A DNA stretch of 64,000 nucleotides from Fibrobacterota bacterium. Lineage in GTDB: Bacteria > Fibrobacterota > Fibrobacteria > UBA11236. A model generated the notes under the pieces. The model was not told where the DNA came from. It was given only the letters and a program-made list of their open reading frames with translations, and ran no database searches. Each line of letters starts with the position of its first letter. The stretch's first letter is position 1. A program made the position numbers and the translations under genes. Below, piece after piece: positions 55,893-64,000 of the stretch. Location: the NCBI GenBank assembly GCA_043753995.1, contig JAYUVP010000249.1:32001-96000 (forward strand), written 5' to 3'.

Positions 55893-57299
55893 GTGCTCTT
55901 TAACTCGCTGGAATTCGCCACTTTCTTCCTCGCCTTTTTCGCGATCTACTGGCTGGTGCCCGAGGCTTGGAAAAAGCCCTTACTTCTGGCTGCCAGCCTC
56001 TGGTTCTATGCCGCTTGGGATTGGCGTTTTCTTGGCCTTATTTTCATCTCGTCGGGAACCGACTTTCTTTGCGGACTCTATATGGCCGAGTCGGAAAGGC
56101 CTCGAGCGCGCAAAGCCTACCTGCTTATCAGCCTTGGGGTTAATCTCGGCATACTCGGCTTCTTTAAGTATTTCGGCTTTTTTCTTTCTTCCTTCCATGC
56201 CGCCTTTCCATCCGTGCCCGTGCCGGTACTCGAGATCGTCCTCCCGGTAGGCATTTCTTTTTTCACCTTCCAGAGCCTCAGCTATACCATCGACATTTAC
56301 CGGCGTCAGTTGCAGCCGGTGCCTGCATTGGACTTTTTTCTTTTCGTCACCTTTTTCCCACAACTCGTGGCAGGCCCCATAGTCCGGGCTTCCGAGTTTC
56401 TGCACCAGCTCAAAGCCCCGTTACCATGGCTCAATTGGGACTTGGTCTCGGAGGGGGCCCTCCTTTTTGCCCGAGGCTTTTGCAAAAAGGTTTTCCTGGC
56501 CAATACCTTGGCTCACTTCGCCGATCCCATTTTCGCCAATCCCAAAGACTACGGCGCCTGGGACTGCCTGCTGGCCACCTATGCTTTCGCCTTTCAGATT
56601 TATTGGGACTTTTCGGGATATACCGACATGGCCAAGGGATCCGCGCTGGCCTTTGGCTTTCGTTTCCCGGAGAATTTCAACCTTCCCTATTTGAGTGCCT
56701 CGCCACGTGAATTCTGGCGGCGATGGCATATCACTCTCTCCACCTGGTTGCGGGATTATCTGTATAAGCCCATGGGCGGGGATAGGGTTGGCCGAACGCG
56801 TACCCTCCTCCACCTTTTTCTGACCATGGCTCTGGGTGGCTTGTGGCATGGAGCGGGATGGACCTTTATTATTTGGGGCTGCTATCACGGGCTCTTGCTG
56901 GCTATCCAGCGCGTCATTTCCGGATCGAGAGGTTTGGACGAAAATAGGGGTAACACCTGGAATACCTGGCGCCCACTGAAAATCTTCGTCACCTTTCACC
57001 TGATTTGCTTAGGTTGGGTTTTCTTCCGGGCGGAAAACTTGGAAAAGGCCCTGGCCTTCCTGGAACGCTTGGCAAGTAGCGATTGGGGTTGGAGCCCGGG
57101 CCTGGGCGCGGTTGCCCTAGGCCTCCTCGCTTGTGCGGCTTGGCAAATCCTTTCTGGTCGAGTGCAGGCCCGACGTATTGCAGGGCATCCTGAGGGAGCG
57201 CTTTGGCAGGTTTTTCACCTGGCTACGACTGCCGCGGGTGTGGCCCTGGCCTTTGTCTTTTCCACTGAGAATGCCCCCTTCCTCTATTTCCAGTTCTGA
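55893..57299 (+). CDS. MBOAT family O-acyltransferase (AlgI/PatA-like)
   Basis: MLFNS..F, LPVGISFFTFQ, FFPQLVAGPI, DFSGYTDMA, FWRRWHITLS, GLWHGA and FLYFQF. Confidence 0.95.
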   Translation: MLFNSLEFATFFLAFFAIYWLVPEAWKKPLLLAASLWFYAAWDWRFLGLIFISSGTDFLCGLYMAESERPRARKAYLLISLGVNLGILGFFKYFGFFLSSFHAAFPSVPVPVLEIVLPVGISFFTFQSLSYTIDIYRRQLQPVPALDFFLFVTFFPQLVAGPIVRASEFLHQLKAPLPWLNWDLVSEGALLFARGFCKKVFLANTLAHFADPIFANPKDYGAWDCLLATYAFAFQIYWDFSGYTDMAKGSALAFGFRFPENFNLPYLSASPREFWRRWHITLSTWLRDYLYKPMGGDRVGRTRTLLHLFLTMALGGLWHGAGWTFIIWGCYHGLLLAIQRVISGSRGLDENRGNTWNTWRPLKIFVTFHLICLGWVFFRAENLEKALAFLERLASSDWGWSPGLGAVALGLLACAAWQILSGRVQARRIAGHPEGALWQVFHLATTAAGVALAFVFSTENAPFLYFQF

Positions 57300-57302
57300 G
57301 TC

Positions 57303-58328
57303 ATGGCCTGGTCTCCGAAAATCCGACTCGCCGCAGGCTGCATTATTTTGGCGGCCTGCCTAGCTATGGTGGAGGCCTTTGCACGGCGCATCGTCACCAC
57401 CACGCCCGCCCGCCAAGCCCTGGCGCGCTATGCCCCGGAAAGCAACAATCACGTGGTTTTCCTAGGCAGCTCCCTGACCGACGCCGCCGTGCGCACCGAC
57501 CACTTGGAAGGTCTCCTCAGCTCGCGATGGCCGGGTTTCAGGGCCTTCAACTTGGCTCTCGCCGGACTCAATGGAAATGAGAATGCTTACTTGCTCTACA
57601 AGCATTTCATCCTGCCGAGGTCACGTCCGCGCTACCTGGTGGTGGAAGCTTCGGGCATTCCCTTTCTTCCCTCTGGCGCGCCCTTCCGCCTCGAAGGCCA
57701 GGGGCTACGCGTGGAGTCTTTCCGGTCCGAATATATCGACTACCGTGACTTATGGTATTTATCGGATGGATTCCCGGGGATTGCCTCGTCCTTGTCCTAT
57801 TGGCTTCACAAGCATTGGTTCTCCTACCATTACCGCCTCGAAATTCAAGCACGCCTGCGCGAGAGGCTATTTCCGACGGCTAGGGCGGACCGGAGACTAT
57901 CGCGGCCAGGGAATCCCTACCGAATGGTGGACGAGGCCGCGAGGAGATTCACCGATATGGCTCGGAAGGATTTGCATCGCCTGGAAAGTATGCCCGGTAG
58001 AAACGAGGCCATGCGCCAGCGAGAGGCTCATTTCTTGGACCTCGCCACCCTGGCTCGCCAAAACGGCGCCACCTTGGTCGTTCTGAAGCCGCCGCTTCCT
58101 CCTTCAGATTCCCTGCTTGCGGCCTCTCCGGTCTTCGCGGAATACCAGCGCGCCTTCACTAGGCTTTGCGATTCCTTGGGTGTGCTGTATTTGGATTTGA
58201 GTCGCAAGGCGGACTATTCCCAGCTCTATACCTATTCCGATGGCATACACCTGGACTCGGCAGGCGCCAGGGAATTCACTTTATGTCTAGCTGCCCGGCT
58301 TGGGGAAGGCATGGCACGGAAGCCCTAA
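57303..58328 (+). CDS. SGNH-like periplasmic partner of the MBOAT (AlgJ/DltD-like)
   Basis: N-terminal TM, FLGSS, FNLALAG and DGIHL (DxxH). Confidence 0.75.
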   Translation: MAWSPKIRLAAGCIILAACLAMVEAFARRIVTTTPARQALARYAPESNNHVVFLGSSLTDAAVRTDHLEGLLSSRWPGFRAFNLALAGLNGNENAYLLYKHFILPRSRPRYLVVEASGIPFLPSGAPFRLEGQGLRVESFRSEYIDYRDLWYLSDGFPGIASSLSYWLHKHWFSYHYRLEIQARLRERLFPTARADRRLSRPGNPYRMVDEAARRFTDMARKDLHRLESMPGRNEAMRQREAHFLDLATLARQNGATLVVLKPPLPPSDSLLAASPVFAEYQRAFTRLCDSLGVLYLDLSRKADYSQLYTYSDGIHLDSAGAREFTLCLAARLGEGMARKP

Positions 58329-58334
58329 AACCGA

Positions 58335-59771
58335 CTACACGGTGATTTGCAAGAACTTGAGTACACCCGGGCAGAGGCCCAGGGCCAGGAGGAGAATGGC
58401 TAGCACAGCCATGGCAGCCTTTGAAGCGAAAGACAAAACGATGGCCGGTCGATCGGGCTCCGAGGGGGTCAGGTAGGCCTCCTTGACCAGCATCATGTAG
58501 TAGTAGAAAGAGACCACGGCATTGAGGACGGCTAGGGTAACGAGGATGTAACGTCCCTCCGCAGCAGCGGCGGAGAAGAGCAGGAATTTGCCGAGGAATC
58601 CGGCCAGGGGCGGAATGCCCGCCAGGGAAAACATGCTTAGGGCCAGCAGCGCCGCCAAGGCGGGATTGCGGCGGCCGAGGCCGCGCAGAGAAGCCATAGT
58701 CTCCGGGCCTTCGCGGCCGATAATGCCGATGACGAAGTATAAAGCCACGCTGGTGGCACCATAGGCCACCATATTGTATTGCAAAGCGACCCGAGCGGAG
58801 GTCGCTTCGCCAGTCAAGCCCACGAGGATATAGCCCACCTGGGCGATGGAAGAATAGGCCACGAAGCGCCGCAAATGGGTTTGCCGCATGGCGCCCAAAT
58901 TGCCAACGACCATGGAAAGCACAGCCGCAACGGAAAGCACAAAAGTCAGAGAGGGACGAAGGGGGTCGAGCGGTCCCAGGAAGAGGACAGCCACGGCCGC
59001 CACGGCGGTGGCCTTAGAGCCAATGGACAGAAAGGCCATCACCGGAGTGGGCGAGCCTTGATAGACGTCAGGGGCCCACATATGCAAAGGGACCATGGCC
59101 AGCTTGAAGCCCAAGCCACCCAGAAGCAGGAAGACACCAGCCTGAAGCGGACCACTGCCTGGATTCATGGTGACGGCTTCCATTAAGGCGGGGAAACCCA
59201 GACTACCGGCCGCGCCATACAGGAAGGACATACCGAAGAGAGTTAGGGCCGAGGAGAATCCGCCCATAAGCACATACTTGGATCCCGCCTCGATGGAATC
59301 GCCATCCTTGGGTTGGAAGGCGGCTAGAGCATAGAGCGGCAAGGTGGCCAATTCGATACCGATATAAAGCGTGAGAAGATCCTGGGCCGAGACCACGGCG
59401 AACATGCCGAAGGTGCAAAGCAATAGCAAGGCATAAAAAGTGCCGGGACGGGTCAGCAATCCCCGGGCGCTACCGCCTTCGCGGAAATATCCGGGGGATA
59501 AAAGCACGGTCGCAAAGGTCGCGAGCAGGAAGATTTGCTTCCAAAGGCCCGCTTCCGGGGAAATACGATAGCTTCCAACCACGGTCGTTACGTCCATAGC
59601 AATCAGGACTCCCTGAAGCACGAAAACGACGACAAGCCCTAGCCAGGCGACATGGAAAATCCCGCGACCGGACTGGTGGGCTGCCTTCCCGTCTTGACCC
59701 ATTTCCAGGGCTAAAACGAGAATAGACAAAGCCAGCATGGCTATCTCGGGAAGGAAGGGCAGAAAATCCAT
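58335..59771 (-). CDS. nuoN: NADH-quinone oxidoreductase subunit N
   Basis: EAGSKY, FKLAMVPLHMWAPDVYQGSPTP, AYSSIAQ and SLAGIPPLAGF. Start placed at MDFLPF. Confidence 0.95.
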   Translation of the reverse strand: MDFLPFLPEIAMLALSILVLALEMGQDGKAAHQSGRGIFHVAWLGLVVVFVLQGVLIAMDVTTVVGSYRISPEAGLWKQIFLLATFATVLLSPGYFREGGSARGLLTRPGTFYALLLLCTFGMFAVVSAQDLLTLYIGIELATLPLYALAAFQPKDGDSIEAGSKYVLMGGFSSALTLFGMSFLYGAAGSLGFPALMEAVTMNPGSGPLQAGVFLLLGGLGFKLAMVPLHMWAPDVYQGSPTPVMAFLSIGSKATAVAAVAVLFLGPLDPLRPSLTFVLSVAAVLSMVVGNLGAMRQTHLRRFVAYSSIAQVGYILVGLTGEATSARVALQYNMVAYGATSVALYFVIGIIGREGPETMASLRGLGRRNPALAALLALSMFSLAGIPPLAGFLGKFLLFSAAAAEGRYILVTLAVLNAVVSFYYYMMLVKEAYLTPSEPDRPAIVLSFASKAAMAVLAILLLALGLCPGVLKFLQITV

Positions 59772-59778
59772 GAAGGTC

Positions 59779-61299
59779 TTACCGGTGCAGATTGTTGAGT
59801 ATGGGCTCAAGAGCTTGATCGACCAAGGAGACGATGGGGCCTGGGTAAAGACCCATGGCAAGGATGCAGAGGAGCAGTAATACCACCGGTACCTTTTCGA
59901 GAAAGGTGGCATCTGTGAGATGGGAGTTCTCTTCTCGCTCGGGGCCATGCAAAATGGAATTGGTGGCGCGCAGCACATAGACCGCCGCCAACACGATGGA
60001 GCCGATGGCCACTGCCGTTCCCAGGCGGGATAGCAGGCTTTCGGAGGCGAAGCCTCCCAGGAAAATATTCAGCTCAGCCGCGAAGCCCGCCATGCCTGGA
60101 AGGCCTAAAGCGGCGAAACCGGCGATGGCAAAGGTTACGCCGAGAAAGGGCATTTTCGCCATGAGCCCACCCATGTCCGGGATATGCCGAGTATGAGTGC
60201 GGGAATAAATCATGCCGATGAGGCAGAAAACGGTGGCCGTGATAAAACCGTGGGCCAGCATTTGCAGCACGGCTCCTCGCAGGCCAATGGTGGTCATCAC
60301 CGCGAGACCGACGAAGACTAAACCGCAATGGCTTACCGAAGCATAGGCATTCAAATACTTGAGGTCCTTTTGCTTAATCGCCACCACGGCGCCCCAGACT
60401 GTGCCCGCAACAGCCAGGACGAGGAAGACGCTCATCCATTGGCTGGCGCCTTCGGGCAGCAAATACATGGCAATGCGCAGGCAGCCATAACTGCCCAATT
60501 TCATATGCACGCCGGCCAGGAGCATGGAAATGGCCGTGGGTGCGGAGGCATGGCCGTCAGGCGACCAAATATGGAAGGGGAACATATTCCCGAGTATGCC
60601 GAAGCCCAGGAATAGGGCGGGGAAAGCCCACATCTGAAAAGAGCGATCGAAAGGGATTTGCGAGAGTTCGAGTATGTCGAAGCTGCGAATGCCGCTCTGA
60701 AAGAAAAGCCCGAGTATGCCCACTAGGATGAGAGCGCTTCCGCCCATGAGCATGAGGTTCAACTTCATGGCGGCGTATTCTTTGCGTCCGCTGCCGAAGA
60801 GTCCGATGAGGAGATAGGTGGGAATGAGGGTGAGCTCATTGAAAACGAAAAAGGCGAAAAGATCAAAGGAGATAAAGCTCCCGAAGACGCCTGCTGCGAG
60901 AACCTGGAAGAGGATGAAGAATTCCTTGGTCTTGTCCGTAATATTCCAGCTGGCTATAGTGCCTGTGAAAACAATCACGGCGGCCAAAACCATGAGGGTC
61001 ATGGAAATCGCATCCACGCCGATCTGATAATAGATGTTTAAAGACGTGAACCAGGGAAGCTTGGTGGCAAAGGCCAAGGCCGATCGGGTCGATCCCACTT
61101 CGGCGACAGGCGGATTCATCGCGAAGGCGATGGCCAGAAAGACCACGAGGGCGAGAACGGCAGCATTGGCGGCGAGGCTAAAGCGGCGAATGGCCTTGGC
61201 ATTGCCAGCGGGCATGGCCATGAGCACCAAGGCCGAGGCCAGGGGTAATACCCAGGTGAGGGTCAGGAGCGAGCTTCCCATGGAACCCAATGCGTCCAT
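59779..61299 (-). CDS. nuoM: NADH-quinone oxidoreductase subunit M
   Basis: GVDAIS, FPFHIWSPDGHASAPT, MKLGSYG and GLPGMAGF.AE. Confidence 0.95.
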   Translation of the reverse strand: MDALGSMGSSLLTLTWVLPLASALVLMAMPAGNAKAIRRFSLAANAAVLALVVFLAIAFAMNPPVAEVGSTRSALAFATKLPWFTSLNIYYQIGVDAISMTLMVLAAVIVFTGTIASWNITDKTKEFFILFQVLAAGVFGSFISFDLFAFFVFNELTLIPTYLLIGLFGSGRKEYAAMKLNLMLMGGSALILVGILGLFFQSGIRSFDILELSQIPFDRSFQMWAFPALFLGFGILGNMFPFHIWSPDGHASAPTAISMLLAGVHMKLGSYGCLRIAMYLLPEGASQWMSVFLVLAVAGTVWGAVVAIKQKDLKYLNAYASVSHCGLVFVGLAVMTTIGLRGAVLQMLAHGFITATVFCLIGMIYSRTHTRHIPDMGGLMAKMPFLGVTFAIAGFAALGLPGMAGFAAELNIFLGGFASESLLSRLGTAVAIGSIVLAAVYVLRATNSILHGPEREENSHLTDATFLEKVPVVLLLLCILAMGLYPGPIVSLVDQALEPILNNLHR

Positions 61300-63353
61300 C
61301 AGTGAATCGCCCTTCCGAGGAGATAAAGGAGAATGAGACCTAACATGGCGACAGCGATATACCGTTGCACTTGTCCATTCTGGAAACGGCATTGGAAGGC
61401 GGCGAAGCGCTTGAGCAGGCCGCTGCCGGCATCGAAAGAGCCATTGATGAGGGTGCGCTCGATACGATTTAATGGCGAGGCAATCAGGCGACCCCCGACA
61501 ACTCGAACCACGATCAGATAAAGCTCATCGATAAAAAACTTGTTGTGGATGAGGCGAAACCAGGCCGGTGATTGGCCCTCGGGATAGCCCACCTTGCGGT
61601 TTTTTCCGGCGTAGAAAAACCAGCCTACTCCCGCACCCACAACTGCGAGGCCAATGGCCACTAGCGGCAGCCAAGCGAAGTGCGCGCCATGGCCTTCCGC
61701 TGCCGCCAGGAAGGAGGGAGGAATCACATTCGCGACGAAGAAATCTTTGGCGAACCAGCCGATGAGGGCGCTGGGCAAGGCCAAAATAAGGATGGGCAAA
61801 ACCATCAGCAAGCCTTCGTGGGTCTTGGGCGCATGGGCAGAGGCATGTGACGCGGAGTGAGAATGTTCCTTGGCATGCGCCGTCTCATGGCCAGGGCCAT
61901 GAAAAACGAGGAGGAAATAGCGGGTCATGTAAAAGGCGGTGAGGCCGCCCGTGAATAGGCAAGCCAGGAAAGAAGCGTAATGACCATTGGCCAAGGCGGC
62001 TGTCATGATTTCTTCCTTAGAGAAAAAGCCCGAAAAGGGTGGGAAGCCCGCGAGAGCCAGCACAGCGATGAGGGTCGCGCCATAGGTCATGGGCAACCGC
62101 TTGCGCATGCCACCTGCGTCACGAATATCATTGCTGTGAATGGCATGAATGATGACGCCCGCCGAAAGGAAAAGCAGGCATTTGAAAAAGGCATGGGTGA
62201 AGACATGGAACATGGAGGCCGTGAAGGCAAGGGGACTCGCAGCATGGGCCGCCGCACCGATGCTGGCTTCGGGGGCCCCGGCTCCCAAAGAAGCCATCAT
62301 GAGGCCAAGTTGAGACAAGGTCGAGAAGGCGAGTATGCGCTTCAAGTCGGTTTGGGTGCAGGCGATGACGGCGGCGAAAACCGCCGTGAAGGAGCCCGTG
62401 ATTTCCACCACGCTCAAGGTGCCTTGCGCCGCTGAGAACAAAGGATAAAGCCTTGCGGTGAGGAAAATTCCCGCGACCACCATGGTGGCCGAATGAATTA
62501 AAGAGGAAACGGGAGTAGGCCCTTCCATGGCATCGGGCAACCAACCATGAAGCGGGAACATGGCTGACTTTCCCCAGGCTCCAGCATAGATGAGTACGGT
62601 CCCCAAGGTGAGTAGGTTCACGGTAAAGAGCCCCACGCTGGCGCTGTGATTGAGGGCCGAGGCGGCGCCGTGACTATTCACCAACAGGAAGTCGAAGCCA
62701 TTCGCTTGCAGGCCGACGAGGAGCACGCCCATGAGGAAGAAGGCATCGGCGAAGCGAGTCATGATGAAGGCTTTTTTGCTGGCGGCCACCGCCGAGGGCT
62801 TTCGATACCAAAAACCGATGAGCAGATAAGAGGCGACGCCCACCAGTTCCCAGAAGAAAAAAGTCTGAATGAGATTACTGGCGACCACGAGACCGAGCAT
62901 GGCGAAGGTGAAAAAGGAAAGAGTGGGAAAGAAACGTCCGGCTGCGGGATCACCGTGCATGTAACCGATCGAATAGACATGCACCAGGAAGGAGATGAAG
63001 GAGACGACGAGGACCATCATCACCGATATGGGATCGAGGTAAAAGCCGAGCTTGGCGGCCTGGGCCGTGCCTGGGCCAAAGGACATCCAGACATGGTCGA
63101 AGGCCACCGCGATATTGCCGGGGAAATTCGCATTGCCCAGGATCTCGGAGCGATAACCCAGGGCGAGAATCACAGCCATGACCAAGGTCACACCCATGAG
63201 AATGGCGGCAGTCCAACCCGAAGCCGTGGCATTCTTACGCCCCAGCCAGAGGCCATTGAACACGAAGGAAAGCAGGGGCAAAGCCAGCACGCCATAAGCG
63301 GCTAGAGTCATAGTCCCCGCCGAAGCGAGAGAGGAGAAGGGCGTATCAACCAT
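61299..63353 (-). CDS. nuoL: NADH-quinone oxidoreductase subunit L
   Basis: YSIGYM, WELVG..SYLLIGFW, KSAMFPLHGWLPDAMEGPTPVS and THAFFK. Confidence 0.96.
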   Translation of the reverse strand: MVDTPFSSLASAGTMTLAAYGVLALPLLSFVFNGLWLGRKNATASGWTAAILMGVTLVMAVILALGYRSEILGNANFPGNIAVAFDHVWMSFGPGTAQAAKLGFYLDPISVMMVLVVSFISFLVHVYSIGYMHGDPAAGRFFPTLSFFTFAMLGLVVASNLIQTFFFWELVGVASYLLIGFWYRKPSAVAASKKAFIMTRFADAFFLMGVLLVGLQANGFDFLLVNSHGAASALNHSASVGLFTVNLLTLGTVLIYAGAWGKSAMFPLHGWLPDAMEGPTPVSSLIHSATMVVAGIFLTARLYPLFSAAQGTLSVVEITGSFTAVFAAVIACTQTDLKRILAFSTLSQLGLMMASLGAGAPEASIGAAAHAASPLAFTASMFHVFTHAFFKCLLFLSAGVIIHAIHSNDIRDAGGMRKRLPMTYGATLIAVLALAGFPPFSGFFSKEEIMTAALANGHYASFLACLFTGGLTAFYMTRYFLLVFHGPGHETAHAKEHSHSASHASAHAPKTHEGLLMVLPILILALPSALIGWFAKDFFVANVIPPSFLAAAEGHGAHFAWLPLVAIGLAVVGAGVGWFFYAGKNRKVGYPEGQSPAWFRLIHNKFFIDELYLIVVRVVGGRLIASPLNRIERTLINGSFDAGSGLLKRFAAFQCRFQNGQVQRYIAVAMLGLILLYLLGRAIH

Positions 63354-63669
63354 GCAGCCCGTCCAAATCCACGATGTCGAGGCTGCGGCGATAGCGATGC
63401 AGGGCGATGACGATGGCGAGGGCCAAAGCCATTTCCGCTGCGGTGACGGCCACGGCGAATAAGGCGAAGATGGGCCCGGCTTCGCTGTCTCGGCCTGCCA
63501 CACCAATACTCGTGCCGAAGCGGGCGAAAGCGATGAAGTTGATCAAGGCCGCATTCACCATGAGCTCCAGGGACATGAGGGCGGCGATCATATTGCGCCG
63601 CGTGAGAAGGCCGTAGGCGCCGATGGCGAAAAGCAAGGACGAAACGACGAGACAAACCGTGAGATTCAT
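63346..63669 (-). CDS. nuoK: NADH-quinone oxidoreductase subunit K
   Basis: LFAIG..G...RRN...MSLELM.NA and AAE.A.ALA. Confidence 0.96.
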   Translation of the reverse strand: MNLTVCLVVSSLLFAIGAYGLLTRRNMIAALMSLELMVNAALINFIAFARFGTSIGVAGRDSEAGPIFALFAVAVTAAEMALALAIVIALHRYRRSLDIVDLDGLHG

Positions 63670-64000
63670 GCGCTCGGCTCCGATCCAGGCTTGCTCGGGG
63701 CTTCTACTCGGCCTTGCCGGGCAATGGCAATGGCGCCGACCATGGCGGCTAGAAGCAAGACGGAGATGAGCTCGAAAGGCACTAGGAATCCGTTGGGTCC
63801 TGGGTCCAGAAGGCGGAGGCCCAAGGATTTCACCGCAGCAATATTCCCTTGAGCAGATTCCGAACTAGGACCAGTCCCTCGGGAGACCCCGGCGAGTACG
63901 GCCAGGGTCGCCAACGAAAGCCCCAGGGCGGCCCAGGCCTTGGGGCGGGCAGGGGAGGGCATTTTCCCACCGAGCTCCGAGGTCAGGAGCACGGCATACA
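63666..64000 (-). CDS. nuoJ: NADH-quinone oxidoreductase subunit J (C-terminal part, truncated by the window edge)
   Basis: PFELISVLLLAAMVGAIAIAR, immediately upstream of nuoK. Confidence 0.9.
   Translation of the reverse strand, partial: YAVLLTSELGGKMPSPARPKAWAALGLSLATLAVLAGVSRGTGPSSESAQGNIAAVKSLGLRLLDPGPNGFLVPFELISVLLLAAMVGAIAIARQGRVEAPSKPGSEPSA

Noticed and set aside
1..64000. CRISPR array, integrase, transposase or prophage
   Set aside because: No regularly spaced direct repeats and no ORF with recognisable recombinase, transposase or phage structural motifs.

Overview
A GC-rich bacterial chromosomal segment. The lineage is most likely Fibrobacterota (FCB group), inferred from a TIGR02147-like gene coupled to a lipoprotein and from T9SS-like C-terminal tails. 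In order, the window holds: a surface-polysaccharide locus (GT4, WecG/TagA, wzx, SLBB/Wza-like export, fcl) interrupted by a TIGR02147 plus Kelch-lipoprotein cassette; an orphan DUF4157 (eCIS-core) metallopeptidase; rpmH-rnpA-yidD-yidC-mnmE without dnaA; and a 7-gene lipid biosynthetic cluster (FabF, ACP, three membrane desaturases/hydroxylases, a DarB/StlD-like KAS III fused to a heme-oxygenase-like diiron domain, and an unknown protein). Next come two paralogous two-gene modules (membrane-anchored TPR-like protein plus Ig-repeat lipoprotein) flanking a U32/RlhA gene; one of these lipoproteins carries three c-type heme domains strung between Ig repeats. The rest comprises tRNA-Arg(UCG), DUF2239 with tandem palindromic operators, rfbB, a large secreted protein, fmt, two hybrid kinases and a response regulator, tandem secreted diheme cytochromes, ArsR-SRPBCC, MBOAT-SGNH, and nuoJKLMN. 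No CRISPR array, integrase or transposase was seen. The best candidates for undescribed systems are the KAS III-diiron/desaturase lipid cluster and the TPR-anchor/Ig-stalk cytochrome surface modules. All family calls come from motif recognition by eye, not database searches.
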